Source: Octopus sinensis
Taxonomy: Eukaryota
Direction of reading: 5' to 3'
Assembly (NCBI RefSeq): GCF_006345805.1
Contig: NC_043003.1
Coordinates: forward strand, 88,846,001-88,910,000
DNA: 64,000 nt
Shown: positions 1 through 13,196 of the stretch, piece by piece
How positions within the stretch are numbered: the stretch's first letter is position 1
Layout of the letters: the number at the start of each line of letters is the position of its first letter
The notes under the pieces: model-generated
Database searches by the model: none
What the model was told of the DNA's origin: nothing
The model's input: only the letters and a program-made list of their open reading frames with translations
Made by a program: the position numbers and the translations under genes

Positions 1-277
1 CTGGGGTCTGTGAATCCAGGAGGCTGCACCAGGCTCCAATCTGATCTGGCAGTGTTTCTACAGGTAGATGCCCTTCCTAACGCCAACCACTCCGTGAGTG
101 TAGTGGGTACTTTTTATGTGCCACCGTCACAGGTGCCTGGGGAATCTGGCAGCGGCCATGATCGGTTGGTGCTTTTTATGTTCCACCGGCACGGAAGCCA
201 GTCAAGATGGCGCTGGCATCGGCCACATTCGGATGGTGCTTTTTAAGTACCACTGACACAGAAGCCAGTCAAGTCAA
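1..277 (-). mobile_element. RTE LINE 3' UTR fragment (runs off the window start)
   Basis: Reverse complement of the RTE 3' ends at 12000-12220 and 47750-47974 (gatgcccttcctaacgccaaccactcc motif). Confidence 0.85.
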
Positions 278-279
278 AG

Positions 280-452
280 CAATATATATATATATATATG
301 TGTATATGTATATATATATATATGTATATATGTGTGTATGTATACGTTTATATATATGTGTGTATGTATATATATGTGTGTGTATATACATATATGTGTA
401 TATATATATATATGTGTATATATATATATATATGTGTATATATATATATATG

Positions 453-486
<34 letters not shown>

Positions 487-587
487 TATATATGTATATA
501 TATGTATTATATATATATATATGTGTATATATATATGTATATATTATGTATATATATATAATACATATATATATATAGTAATATTAC

Positions 588-638
<51 letters not shown>

Positions 639-790
639 CATATATACATATATATATATATATAAATCTATATACATATATATACAATATATATATATAA
701 TATATACATATATATACATATATATATATATATTATACATATATATATATACATATATATATACATATTATACATCTATATATATATACA

Positions 791-821
<31 letters not shown>

Positions 822-899
822 CATATATATACATATATATATATATAACATATATATATATATGTATATATATGTATATATATATATACATATATGTAT

Positions 900-939
<40 letters not shown>

Positions 940-964
940 GTATATGTATATATAAATGATGATG

Positions 965-995
<31 letters not shown>

Positions 996-1005
996 TATGT
1001 ATATA
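280..1005. repeat. (TA)n/(TAYA)n microsatellite tract
   Basis: Direct sequence; source of spurious Y/I/M/C-rich ORFs. Confidence 0.97.
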
Positions 1006-1008
1006 TAT

Positions 1009-1241
1009 GATCGTGGCCGTTGCCAGTATCCTCTGGCCCCTGTGCTGGTGACACGTAAAAAGCATCCACTACACTCGTGGAGTGGTTGGCGTTAGGAAGG
1101 GCATCCAGCTGTAGAAACACTGCCAGATCAGACTGGAGCCTGATGCAGCCTCCTGGCTTCCCAGACTCCAGTTGAACCGTCCAACCCATGCTAGCATGGA
1201 AAACGGACGTTAAACGGTGATGATGATGATGATGATGATGA
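1009..1241 (+). mobile_element. 5'-truncated RTE 3' end with (GAT)n tail
   Basis: Matches the 3' ends of the long RTE copies; ends ggacgttaaac(ggt)gatgatgat. Confidence 0.9.
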
Positions 1242-2069
1242 TAAATCTCAGAGCGAGTTATAAACAGTAGCGGTAACACATCGTGACGCTTATTTGCCAT
1301 TTGAATATGGCTAACCCCTAAGGATGGATGCTACTGTAGTTTGTAGCCCCAGGAAGATACCTCCTCCAGCTGGCTATAGACACACTTTCTGTGACCTATC
1401 AGTATTTGTGAAGGGAAGTCATCCTTCCCGTCTTCAACTTATGATACACATGGACTCGAGTTTCAAGGTATTTACCTATCATCGGCGTGTGACAATCATA
1501 GTTGTTGACAAGAATTCAGTTTCCCTCACAAATACATATACTTTTTCCAGTGTCGATTGACACTGATATTGAAAAAGTGAAATCAAACAATGATAAATCT
1601 CAGAGCGAGTTATAAACAGTACCGGTAACACATCGTGACACATATTTGCCAGCTGGAGGAGGTATCTTCCTGGGGCTACAAACTACAGTAGCATCCACCC
1701 TTAGGGGTTATCCATATTTAAATGGCAAATATGCGCCACGATGTGTTACCACTACTGTTTATAACTTGCTCTGAGATTTATCATTGTTTGATTTCACTTT
1801 TTCAATATCAGTGTCAAGTATATGTATTTGTGAGGGAAAGTGAATTCTTGTCGACAACTATGATTGTCATACACCGATGTCATACACTCGAGTCCGTGTG
1901 TATCATAAGTTGAAGACGGGAAGGATGACTTCCCTTCACAAATACTGTTAGGGCACAGAAAGTGTGTCTACAGCCAGCTGGAGGAGGTATCTTCCTGGGG
2001 CTACAAACTACAGTAGCATCCACCCTTAGGGGTTAGCCATATTCAAATGGCAAATATGCGTCACGATGT
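1239..2069. repeat. Unclassified 325-352 bp unit in tandem, followed by an inverted tandem copy
   Basis: tgataaatctcagagcgag at 1239 and 1591; gccagctggaggagg at 1648 and 1973; 1652-2069 is the reverse complement of the left part. Confidence 0.9.
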
Positions 2070-2476
2070 ATGTATATGCATGTATATATATATGTATAAT
2101 ATATATATATGTATGTATATATATATATATGCGTGTGTGTGTATATATATGTATATGTATATATGTATATATATATGTGTGTGTGTGTATATCTATGTGT
2201 ATATGTATATATATATATGTGTGTGTATTTATACGTGTATATTTATCAAAAGAAAAACAGGATGCAAAGGATTTAGCGGTATATATGTTTCTGTCTTTAT
2301 TGGACAGTTTATATCAATGCGTAATTGCTGTAACATGTATGTCAATAGCCATCTTCAGCCGCGCAGAGTTACCACACCAGACACCATAGACATGTATTAC
2401 GTATATATATATATATATGTATATGTATATATATATATAGGTATATATATGTATATGCATATGTATATATATATGT

Positions 2477-2510
<34 letters not shown>

Positions 2511-2563
2511 CATAATATGTATATATGTATATATATGTATATACATAATATGTATATATGAAC

Positions 2564-2600
<37 letters not shown>

Positions 2601-2722
2601 TGTGTGTGTGTATATGCATATATATATGTGTATATGCTTATATATATATGTATATGCATATATATATGTATATGCATATATATATATATGTATATATATG
2701 TATATATGTATATGTATATATA
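2070..2722. repeat. TA-rich microsatellite with a short unique island (about 2240-2395)
   Basis: Direct sequence. Confidence 0.9.
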
Positions 2723-2723
2723 T

Positions 2724-3150
2724 TTACTCTTTTACTTGTTTCAGTCATTTGACTGCGGCCATGGTGGAGCACCGTCTTTAGTCGAGCAAATCGACCCCGG
2801 GACTTATTCTTTGTAAGCCCAGTACTTATTCTATCGGTCTCTTTTGTCGAACCGCTAAGTGACGGGAATATAAACACACCAGCATCGGTTGTCAAGCAAT
2901 GCTAGGGGGACAAACACACATATATATATATATATACATATATACGACGGGCTTCTTTCAGTTTCCGTCTACCAAATCCACTCACAAGGCATTGGTCGGC
3001 CCGGGATTATAGCAGAAGACACTCCTGCATATATATATATGTATGTGCATATATATATATGTATATGCATATATATATAGATGCCACGCAGTGGCACTGA
3101 ACCCGGAACCATGTGGTTGGTTAGCTACTTACCACACAGCCACTCCTGCA
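2724..3150 (-). mobile_element. tRNA-derived composite SINE (tRNA-like head, internal microsatellite, CR1-type tail)
   Basis: Same organisation as 56160-56541; head reads tggctgtgtggtaag ... gggttcagtgcc on the minus strand. Confidence 0.88.
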
Positions 3151-3210
3151 TATATATATATGTATATGCATATATATGTATGTATAGATATATATATATA
3201 TGTATATGCA

Positions 3211-3251
<41 letters not shown>

Positions 3252-3344
3252 ATGCATATATATATGTATTTATATATATATATGTATATGCATATATATA
3301 TGTATATATATGTATATGCATATATATGTATGTGTATGTATATA

Positions 3345-6300
3345 TTTTAATTTATTTTATCTAGTTTCAGCTCACGAGCTGTGGCCATGCTGGGGCACCG
3401 CCATTTGGTGTTGCTACATGGTTTTACTTCACGAATGCTTTTTAGCAACTGCCATTTGGTGCATGAGAGAGTTCGATGCATCTGCCCTCATCTGCACCTC
3501 CTGCCGTGAAGTTGCTTCATCTGGGATACCCGACAAATAGAGATCCAGTTTCATTGTAAAGACATCTGCTTCCACCCCATGCAGGTCTCTTAGGTTCTTC
3601 GGGAGGATATTGAAGAGCTGTAGGCCCAGGCTATCACAGTATCTTGTCCTACATCTTGATGGCAAATTTGGAGTCCTTGGCACCACGCAGTGATGCCCAC
3701 GCAGTGATGCCCAGTTCTGGCATTTGTGTAACTCTTGATGCCAAAGTTTGGGAGAAGCTTATATACTGCACAGAGGCTATCTTCTTCGTGTAGCTACATT
3801 GGATTGCCTCAAGTTCTGTGATCAACTTGACACTGGATGGTGACCATAGCTGAGAGCAATAGTCAAAGTGGCTTAGGACAAGTGTCCTCCAGAGGACCAT
3901 CATGGTTTCTTGTTCTCTTGTTCTAAAGGTTCTAAGAATCCATCCGGCCAGTCGTCTACATTTCATTGCCAATTTAGCAATATGTACACAAAAGGTTGCG
4001 TCATCACTCATGTAAATACTCAGGTCACGCACTGATTGTGCCTCTGGGATTGCAATTCCTCCGGGTCCTGTGTATTCATTGGGTATTGCATTTAGTTTTG
4101 CATGCTGATAGTATAAAGCTTGAAACTATTCAGCATTGAACTGCATGCTATTCTTTTCAGCCCACTTGTATATTTTGTCCAGCTCACATTGCAGGCGTTT
4201 AGTGAAACTTTTGTATCATCTGCATAACTTGTGATCGTGGCTCTCTGCGTGGCTGAGGGCATGTCTGAGAGGGCCATTATGAACAGTAGTGGTCCCAAAA
4301 CAGTGCCCAGCGGAACACCACTCACTATTTGCGTGTTGATGGAAGTGACTTCTATCCTTCAGAAAGTCATGAAGCCATTATCCCAGTTTTCCAACTATGC
4401 TAAGATCACGCTGTTTGTGACATATCATTCCATGATCGACTTTATCAAAGGCCTTTGCAAAGTCGAGATATATCACTTCCACATTTGAGTGGTTGAGCAG
4501 TCATTTCAGCACCCAGTCATAGTGTTGTAGGAGCTGAGTTAAGCAGCTTCTTCCTGGTCGGAAACCATGTTGGGTGTCAGGCAGCAAGTCATTTTCTTCA
4601 AGGAAGGTGATCAGTTTCCTTCTGACTATTCGTTCCATGACCTTGCTGATGTGTGAGGTCAGAGAGATAGGTCTGTAGTTCTTGGCCTCCGCTCTGCTAC
4701 CTCCTTTATGAATAGGGCATATTTTACCTTCTTTCAGTTTTCTTGGAAGTTTGCCAGTTGCAAGGAAGCTCCGAAAGAGGAACTGCAGTGGTCTAGCTAG
4801 GACTCTCTTACATGCTTTTAGGAGGATTGCCGGGAATCCATCGGGGCCAGTAGCTGAGTCTGTTTTCATTTCATCTATAGCCTTTATTACATCGTCTTCC
4901 TTTATATCGATGTAATCTATCGTCGCCGCCTCTGATTTTATATCTGCAGTGGTAAAGAAGTCAGTTGGATTGGTGATTTGGAAATGCCCAAGGGTTGGAG
5001 TGAAAACACTCTTGAATTGCTCATTCAGTATTTCACTTACCCTCATTGGTTTTCCTGTGAGTGTGCCATCCTATTCTACAGTGCACCGTAGCTGTTTCTT
5101 TGGCATACCTGTAGAAAGCTCTGGGGTTAGATTTTATGTTGTCTATAGCCCAGGCTTCTTTGTCTGCTCTTTCCTTTTTATGGGAGAGTTGCAGACATTT
5201 TTCAATTTCCAACAGTTTTATTTTTAGACGGGACTTTTCACTGCTTTCAATCTGTTTGTTTAGGCGATTTGAAATTTTTGTGCGCCGTCTCATTAAAATT
5301 TTCGTCTCTCTGGGGATTTTGTTCTTGTGTACAGTGGCCTTTCTCTCTGGGACACATTTGTAGCATATGGCTTGCATTACAGACATGAATTGTTGAAGTT
5401 TCACGTTGATGTCTGGCGAGGAGAGACATTTAGGCCAGTTTTTTTTGAGGATCTCTTTCTCAATTTGTTTCCAGTTTGCCTTATGGTAGTTCAAGCTGGT
5501 AAGATTCTGAGGGTTTCTTGTAGGCTGCATGTCCGTGCTCTCTTTTGGCCCGTACATGGTCAGCTCTACCATGTTGTGATCCGAGAGTAGTGTCGGTGTC
5601 ACTTTCACATTATGGATGAGATCCATGTCATTTGTGAAGCAGAGATCCAGTGTGTTATCTGCCCTGGTTGGTTGGAGTATTACTTGCTCCATGTACAGGG
5701 TGTTGATGAAGTTCAGGAGGGACCTCGCCTGTCCTCGTTCACATCTTGTCATTCCTGGGAGAGAAAGGCCCTCGGGCCATCTGACATTGGGTAGATTGAA
5801 GTCTCCTATAAGAAGTACACTTATGTGTTGTTCTAATGTGATTAGAACTTCTTCTATTTTTATAAGGCAGTCTTCAAAACTTGCCCACATGGCTTGGGGC
5901 ATCTGGAGGGCGATATGTAGCACACACAACTACATCAAGTTGCCTTATATGTACAATTACTGTGTCACACACCGAGTTTGAGTATGACAAGAGGACCTGG
6001 GGTGTGAGGTCCTCACGGATGTACATAGCAACTCCTCCATGACTCCTTTCTTTTCTGTCGGTCCGTAGTACAACATACTGTGGTATGTGTAACTCCGCAT
6101 CTGCTATGTCCGGTTTCAGGTGCGTTTCCGTAAGTGCTATGCATAAGTCTTGATTGCATGCAACAAAGTCTCTCAAGAACGGGATTTTTGTCCTGTTACT
6201 GAGTGTTTGCAGTCCTCTGATGTTCAGTAGGAGCATCGAGGTGAGGTGTATGTTGTTGCCGGCGGTGTCCATCCTGGGTCTGTTTGCTGTGGTGGTCTTG

Positions 6301-6777
6301 TATATAGTAGGTAGTCCCACCTGCGAGCTTGGGTTTGATGAAGCCAGGTCAGCTGCTGTACAATCTTTTGTGCCATGCACAAAAAAGATTGCTGCCCAGC
6401 AGCTGCCCTTTCAACAACATCATGTTGGCGGTTTGTGGCATGCACCACATCTGCGTACCTCCGTTTTGGGGCAGGTGGTGCGTGGTCCATCCCTTTTCCT
6501 TGTGTTGATGGTTTGTTTATCTGTTTCGTGTCTCTGCGGCAGGGTCCCCGATGTGCAAAGCGGCAGCCTGCACCTTCCTTTCCATGCCAGCAGGTACCTC
6601 TCAGGTAGAACCTACACACCCGTGTGCGCTGTTTGTTTCCATCCTTTGCGGTTCCACTTCTATTCCTGGTTGTTTCACCCTTTGGTCCTGCTTGAGCTTT
6701 TCCTTTAGCTCTTTCAGTCCTTCTTTTAGTTCTTCCTCCCTCTACTTCTTCCCTGGGTTCTCCATCTCCACGGCCAT
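3345..6777 (-). mobile_element. CR1-group non-LTR retrotransposon, near full length, degraded (ORF1 plus APE-RT ORF2)
   Basis: APE motifs LLLNIRGL, ALTETHL, GGVAMYIR, LIGDFNLP; RT motifs YRPISLTSH, QHGFRPGRSC, GVPxGTVLGPLL, YADD; frameshifts. Confidence 0.92.
6224..6619 (-). pseudogene. ORF1 remnant of the CR1-group LINE with a CCCH-type zinc finger
   Basis: CRFYLRGTCWHGKEGAGCRFAH immediately upstream of the APE domain. Confidence 0.7.
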
Positions 6778-6790
6778 ATATATATATATA

Positions 6791-9450
6791 AAAATCCTTA
6801 AAAATGTTTTAGCCCGACGGCTGCGGCCATGCTGGGGCACCACTGCTGAATGTGCTACACTAATATGTGAATCCACCTCTGATACGTGGCACTTGATCAA
6901 CAAGGGAGTTCGATGTTGCTGCCCGCATCTGCGTCTCCTGTCGTAAGGTAGGTTCATCTGGGACTCCCGACAAGAAGAGATCCAGTTTAGTTTTAAAGAA
7001 ACCCACATCCACACCATGTAAGTCTCTCAGGCATTTAGGGAGGACGTTAAAGAGCTGTGGTCCTCTGAAACCCAAGCTGATGCAGTATCTGGACCTGTAT
7101 TTTGATGGTGATGTTGGAATCCTTGGCACCATGTAGTGGCGCCCCGTTCTGCTGTTGGGGTAACTTTGAATGCCAAAGTTTGGGACAAGACCCTCCAGGA
7201 TTTTCCAGATGTATATCACCGCATATCTCTCCCGCCTCCGCTCTAGGGAGAAAGGTTTAATACCTTCAGTCTTTCCCAGTAGCTGATATTTTGCATTGAG
7301 ACGATTTTCTTTGTGTAGCTTCTCTGAATTGCTTCGAGTTCTGCTGTTAGTTTTATATTGTGTGGTGACCATAGTTGGGAGCAGTAGTCCAAGCGGCTGA
7401 GGACGAATGTTTTCCATAGGACCATCAGTGTCTCCTTCTCTCTTGTTCTGAAAGTTCGGAGAATCCATCCAGCTAGCCGTCTGCATTTTATCACCAGATT
7501 AGTAATATGCACTTGGAAAGATGCATCATTGCTTATGTCAATACCCAGGTCATGCACTGATTTTGACTCAGGGATTGCAATTCTTCCTGGGCCAGTGTAT
7601 CCAGTCTTCACGTCGTTTACCTTTGTGTGCCAGTAGCACAGGGCCTGGAACTTACCTTCATTAAACTGCATGTTGTTGTCCTCAGCCCACCTGTATATTG
7701 TGTCGAACTCCTGTTGCAGATGCGCTATATTTTCAGGGTTTTGTATTGTGTGGGAGACTTTTATGTCATCTGCATAGCTAGCAAGTGTGGTCATCGTAGC
7801 AACTGAAGGCATGTCTGAAAGGGCCACTATGAACATCAGTGGCCCCAAGACAGTGCCCTGTGGGACACCGCTTGTTATTTGTGTTTCCGTGGAGGAGGCT
7901 CCATTGCTCACAACTGCCTGTTTTCTGTCTTTTAGGAAGTTGTGCAGCCACTCTCCAAGTTTCCCGCCTATGCCGAGACCACGCAGTTTGTGAAAGATCA
8001 TACCATGGTCGACTTTATCAAAGGCTTTTGCAAAGTCGAGATATATTACATCCACATTTGAGCCATCTAGTAGCTGTTTCAACACCCAGTCATAGTGTTG
8101 CAGGAGCTGTGTTAGGCAGCTTCTACCTGGTCGAAATCCATGCTGGGTGTCAGACAGCAAGTCATTTTCTTCAAGGAACATGATTAGTTTCTTACGGACT
8201 ATTCATTCCATGACTTTGCTGATGTGTGAGGTCAGAGAGATAGGCCAATAATTTTTAGCATCTGCTCTGCTACCTCCCTTATGGATAATTTGACTGGGAG
8301 CTTACCACTTGCAAGAAAGCTCTGAAAAAGAAGCTGTAGCGGTTTTGCAAGGGCTCATTTTCACGATTTGAGAAGGATCGCTGGGAATCCATCAGGTCCA
8401 GCAGCTGAGTTTGTGTCAATCTCATTTATCTTCGATGTTGATGTACTCACTTTTTGCCTCTTTGGCCGCAGGTAAAGTGGCAAAGAATTCTTCTGGGTTG
8501 TTTACTTGCCTGTATCCTAGAGGTGTAGTGAACACACTTTGGAATTGTTCGTTCAGTATTTCACTTATCCTCGTGGGATTTCCTGTGAGAGAGCCATCTT
8601 TTTGGAAGAGAGGTCCTATTCTCTGGTGCACTGTGGCTGTCTCTTTGGCAAACTTAAAGAAAGCTTTAGGGTTTGATTTTATATTTTCTATTACCCAAGC
8701 TTCTTTATCTGCTCTCTCGTTTTCATGGGACTGATGCAGACTTTTCTCAATTTCCATTAGCATTCTCTCGAGCCGAGACTTCTCACCACTTTTGGTGTGC
8801 TTTCTCAGGCGGTTCGCAATCCTTGTCCGTCGTCTTATAAGAATCTTCCTTTCTCTTGGGATCCTGTTTTTGTTTCTGTGTGTGCTGGCCCTTCACACTG
8901 GGATATATTTGTCACATATGGCTTGTATTATGGACATGAAGTGTTTGTGTTTCATGTTCATGTCCGGTGTGGAGAGACATTTAGGCCAATCCTGTTTGAG
9001 GATCTCTTTCTCAATCAACTTCCAGTTTGCTTTATGAAAGTTTAAGTTGGAGAGATGGTGGATGCTTCGTATAGGCTGTGTGTCTACAGGGGCTTTTGTT
9101 CCATACATAGATAGCTCTATTATGTTGTGATCCGAGATCATTGTCGGCATCACATTAACATTATGGATAATATCCATATTGTTTGTGAAGCAGAGATCCA
9201 GTATATTATCTGCCCTTGTTGGTTGCAGAACTATTTGCTCCATGAAAGAGGCATTTGTGAGATGGAGCAGGGACTCTGCCTGTGCCTGCTGATGGTGTGT
9301 CATCCCTGAGCGCATCTGCCCCCCAGGCCATTCCACATTGGGGAAGTTAAAGTCACCCATGAAGAATACACTTGTGTTGTTCAAGGTTTGTGAGGACTTC
9401 TCCTATTTTTGTTAGGCAGTCTTCAAACATGCCTGAGTGATTTGGGACAT
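6791..9450 (-). mobile_element. Second CR1-group LINE, 5'-truncated within the APE domain
   Basis: ORF pieces 8893-9384, 8422-8763, 7243-8181 (YLDFAKAFDKV, GVPQGTVLGP, YADD) and 6860-7486; 3' end homologous to 3345-3410. Confidence 0.92.
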
Positions 9451-9458
9451 TATGTATC

Positions 9459-9491
<33 letters not shown>

Positions 9492-9547
9492 GTGCCGCTG
9501 TTCTTGAGGAGACCTGTTGAGTCAAGTATATACACATATATATACAT

Positions 9548-9600
<53 letters not shown>

Positions 9601-9740
9601 CATATATATACATATATATATGTACATTTGTATATATATATATATATACATACATATATACACATATACACATATACATATATACATATATACATATATA
9701 CACATAGACATTTATATATATATGTATATGTAGTGCAGTA

Positions 9741-12219
9741 AACAAAGCCATTAGTTCAAAGAAACAGGCCTGGTGAGCCTGGAGGTAGCAGGGAACCGTA
9801 CCAAGTAGCCAAAAGGGAGGCCGGGCGGCAGGTATACATAGCCAAAGATATAGCAGAAAAGAAGAAGTTTGCCAATGTCCAGCGACGTGAGGACCAAAGA
9901 ACCGAGGTATTTCGTACTGCTAGACAGTGTTTGAGAGAAAATAGTGATGTTACAGGAGAGAAATGTGTCCGCATGGATAATGGGACACTTGCTTTTAATG
10001 TTGGTTAAAAGAAAGAGGCTTGGAGAAGCCATTATGAAAGACTGCTGAATGTGGAGAATGAATGGGAGGAGGAGAGCCTGCCAAATGTTGACCCAGTAGA
10101 GGGACCAGCTATCCAAATAGAGGACTCCCTTGTAGTTAAGGCAATTAAGGGTATGAAACCAGGTAAAGTCCCCGTCCCATCAGGTATCACTGCTGAGATG
10201 CTTAAAACAGCTGGTTATGTGGGCTATGGCCTAGTCACCTGTATTGTTAACCAGGTAGTTCATAATGGAGTCATACCGAATGACTGGCGTAGCAGCACCA
10301 TAGTGAACTGCTACAAGGGTAAGGGTGATGCTCTAGATAGAAATAACTACAGGGGTATTAAACTGTTGGATCAGGTGATGAAGGTCACAGAGAGGGTCAT
10401 AACCCATCTCATTAGGGAGAGAATTTGCGTAGATGAGATGCAGTTCGGTTTTGTGCCGGGTAGAAGCACCACTGATGCTATATTCCTGGTCCGACAACTG
10501 CAGGAGAAGTACCTAGCTAAAGATAAACCCCTCTACATAGCTTTTGTGAACTTGGAGAAAGCCTTTGACAGGGTTCCCTGATCCCTTATCTGGTGGTCGA
10601 TGCGGAAACTGGAGATTGACGAATGGCTAATAAGGGCTGTACAGAGAAGCTGTCAGCAAGGTTAGGATTGGCAACGAAAATAGTGAAGAATTCCGGGTAG
10701 AAGTAGGTGTACACCAAGGCTCAGCCCTCAGTACCCTTTTATTCATCATAGTCCTCCAGGCAATAACAGAGGAATTCAAAACAGGTTGCCCCTGGGAGCT
10801 CCTCTATGCTGATGACCTGGCTCTCATAGCAGAATCACTACCGGAACTAGAAAAGAAATTTCGGGTTGGAAACAAGGGTTAGAATCAAAGGGCCTTAGAG
10901 TAAATGTAGCGAAGACCAATGTTATAGTAAGCAGAAAGGCGAACTCAGCACACACCCCATCGGGCAGGTGGCCCTGCTCGAGCTGTAGGAAAGGTGTAGG
11001 TAGAAACTCTATAAGATGCACCCAGTGTAAGCTATGGACACATAAGAGGTGCAGCAACATCAAAGGGAAATTAACTGATAAGATAGCTTTCATGTGTGGC
11101 AGATGCACAGGGACAATAGACACCACAAATACTCAGAAAACAGATTCCATCACACTCCAGGGTGAGAAACTAGAAGTAGTTGATAGTTTCCGCTACCTGG
11201 GTGACCAAGTTACTAGTGGAAGTGGATGCTCAGAGAGTGTCACCACTAGAATACGAATAGCCTGGGCAAAGTTTAGAAAGCTCCTACCCCTACTGGCGAC
11301 AAAGGGTCTCTCACTCAGAGTGAAAGGTAGATTGTATGATGCATGTGTGCGAACTACCATGCTTCACGGCAGTGAAACATGGGCCTGTGACTGCAGAGGA
11401 CATGCGTAGACTTGAAAGAAATGAAGCTAGCATGATCTGCTGGATGTGTAATGTCAGTGTGAATGCATGACAGAGTGTAAGCACCCTGAGAGAAATGCTA
11501 GACATAAGAAGCATCAGATGTGGTGTGCAAGAGCAACACTTGCGATGGTATGGTCATGTACTGCAGATGGATGAGGAGAGATGTGTGAAGAAGTGCCACT
11601 CCCGAACAGTTGAAGGAATCAGGGGGAGAGGTAGACCCAGGAAGACATGGGATGAGGTAGTCAAGCATGACCTCAGAGCGTTGGGCCTCACTGAGGCAAT
11701 GGCGAAGGACCGAGATCTCTGGAGATGTGCTGTAACTACAAAGACCCGGGATGCTTCCGGCAGCAGTTCCGCATAGCCCCTGCCCATTCAAAGTACCTTG
11801 GATCCCGGAACATCTCGTTGTGCTTGAGGAGACTTGTTGAGTCAAGTGCATGTACATGAACATCGAAACAAAAATCAATGGAAATAGTAGTTGTGATACC
11901 TGTGCCGGTGGCACATAAAAAGCACCATCCGAACGTGGCCGATGCCAGCGCTGCCTTGGCTGGCTTCCGTGCTGGTGGCACGTTAAAAGCACCAACCCAT
12001 CGTGGCCTATGCCAGACCCCCCTAGCACCTGTGCAGGTGGCATGTAAAAAGCACCCACTACACTCGCAGAGTGGTTGGCGTTAGGAAGGGCATCCAGCTG
12101 TAGAAATACTGCCAGATAAGACTGGAGCCTGGTGCAGCCCCTGGCTTCCCAGACCCCGATCGAACCGTCCAACCCGTGCTAGCGCTGAAAACGGACGTTA
12201 AGCGATGATGATGATGATG

Positions 12220-12220
<1 letters not shown>
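9741..12220 (+). mobile_element. RTE LINE copy 1, 5'-truncated, frameshifted, with 3' UTR and (GAT)n tail
   Basis: RT motifs NYRGIKLL, QFGFVPGRST, DLEKAFDRVP; C-terminal GRPRKTW. Confidence 0.93.
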
Positions 12221-12274
<54 letters not shown>

Positions 12275-12509
12275 GTATATATAAGTATATATATGTATAA
12301 ATATATATATGTATATATATGTATATGTATATATAAGTATATATATGTATAAATATATATATGTATATATATGTATATATACGTATATATATATATATAC
12401 GTATATATGTATATATATATATGTATATGTATATTATGTATATATATATGTATATATATGTATATATATATATATGTATATATATATATGTATATATATA
12501 TATGTATAT

Positions 12510-12543
<34 letters not shown>

Positions 12544-12548
12544 ATGTA
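12221..12548. repeat. (TA)n-rich microsatellite between two tail-to-tail RTE ends
   Basis: Direct sequence. Confidence 0.95.
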
Positions 12549-12955
12549 TCATCATCATCATCATCATCGTTTAACGTTCGCTTTCCATGCTAGCATGGGT
12601 TGGATGGTTCGACCAGGGTCTGGGAAGCCAGAAGGCTGCACCAGGCTCCAGTCTGATCTGGCAGTGTTTCTGCAGCTGGATGCCCTTCCTATCGCCAACA
12701 CTCCGTGAGTGTAGTGGGTACTTTTTATGTGCCACCGGCACAGGCGCCAGACGAGGCTGGCATATGGCCACGATCAGATGGTGCTTCTTCTGTGCCACTG
12801 GCACGGAAACCAGACAAATCTGGCAACGGCCACGGTCAGATGGTGCTTTTTACATGCCACCGACACGGTAGCCAGTCAGGGTGGCGCTGGCTACGACCAC
12901 GTTCGGATGGTTCTCCTATGCGCCACCGGCACTGGTATCGCAGCTATAAATTCTA
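12549..12955 (-). mobile_element. RTE 3' end with (ATC)n tail and several internal repeats of about 58 bp
   Basis: catcatcatcgtttaacgt start; repeated gtgcttttta-gtgccaccggcac units. Confidence 0.88.
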
Positions 12956-13135
12956 CTGATATGTATATATATATATGCTAGCATGGAAAGCGGACGTTAA
13001 ATGACGATGACGATATATATATATATATATATTTATTGATAAAACGGTAAGATAACAAAAGAAAGAAAGAGACCTCAATATTATGTAAATAGAGGAAATT
13101 TATCTATACAATATGTTACATTACTCGGTAGTCAA

Positions 13136-13196
13136 GATAAAACTCTGAGTTTCAGATGCCGAAGTGGAAATCCACAACACCATCTCATCGGTTATC
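13136..13196 (-). ncRNA. Hammerhead-like ribozyme motif, left arm of the PLE palindrome
   Basis: Reverse complement of 14391-14451. Confidence 0.55.
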
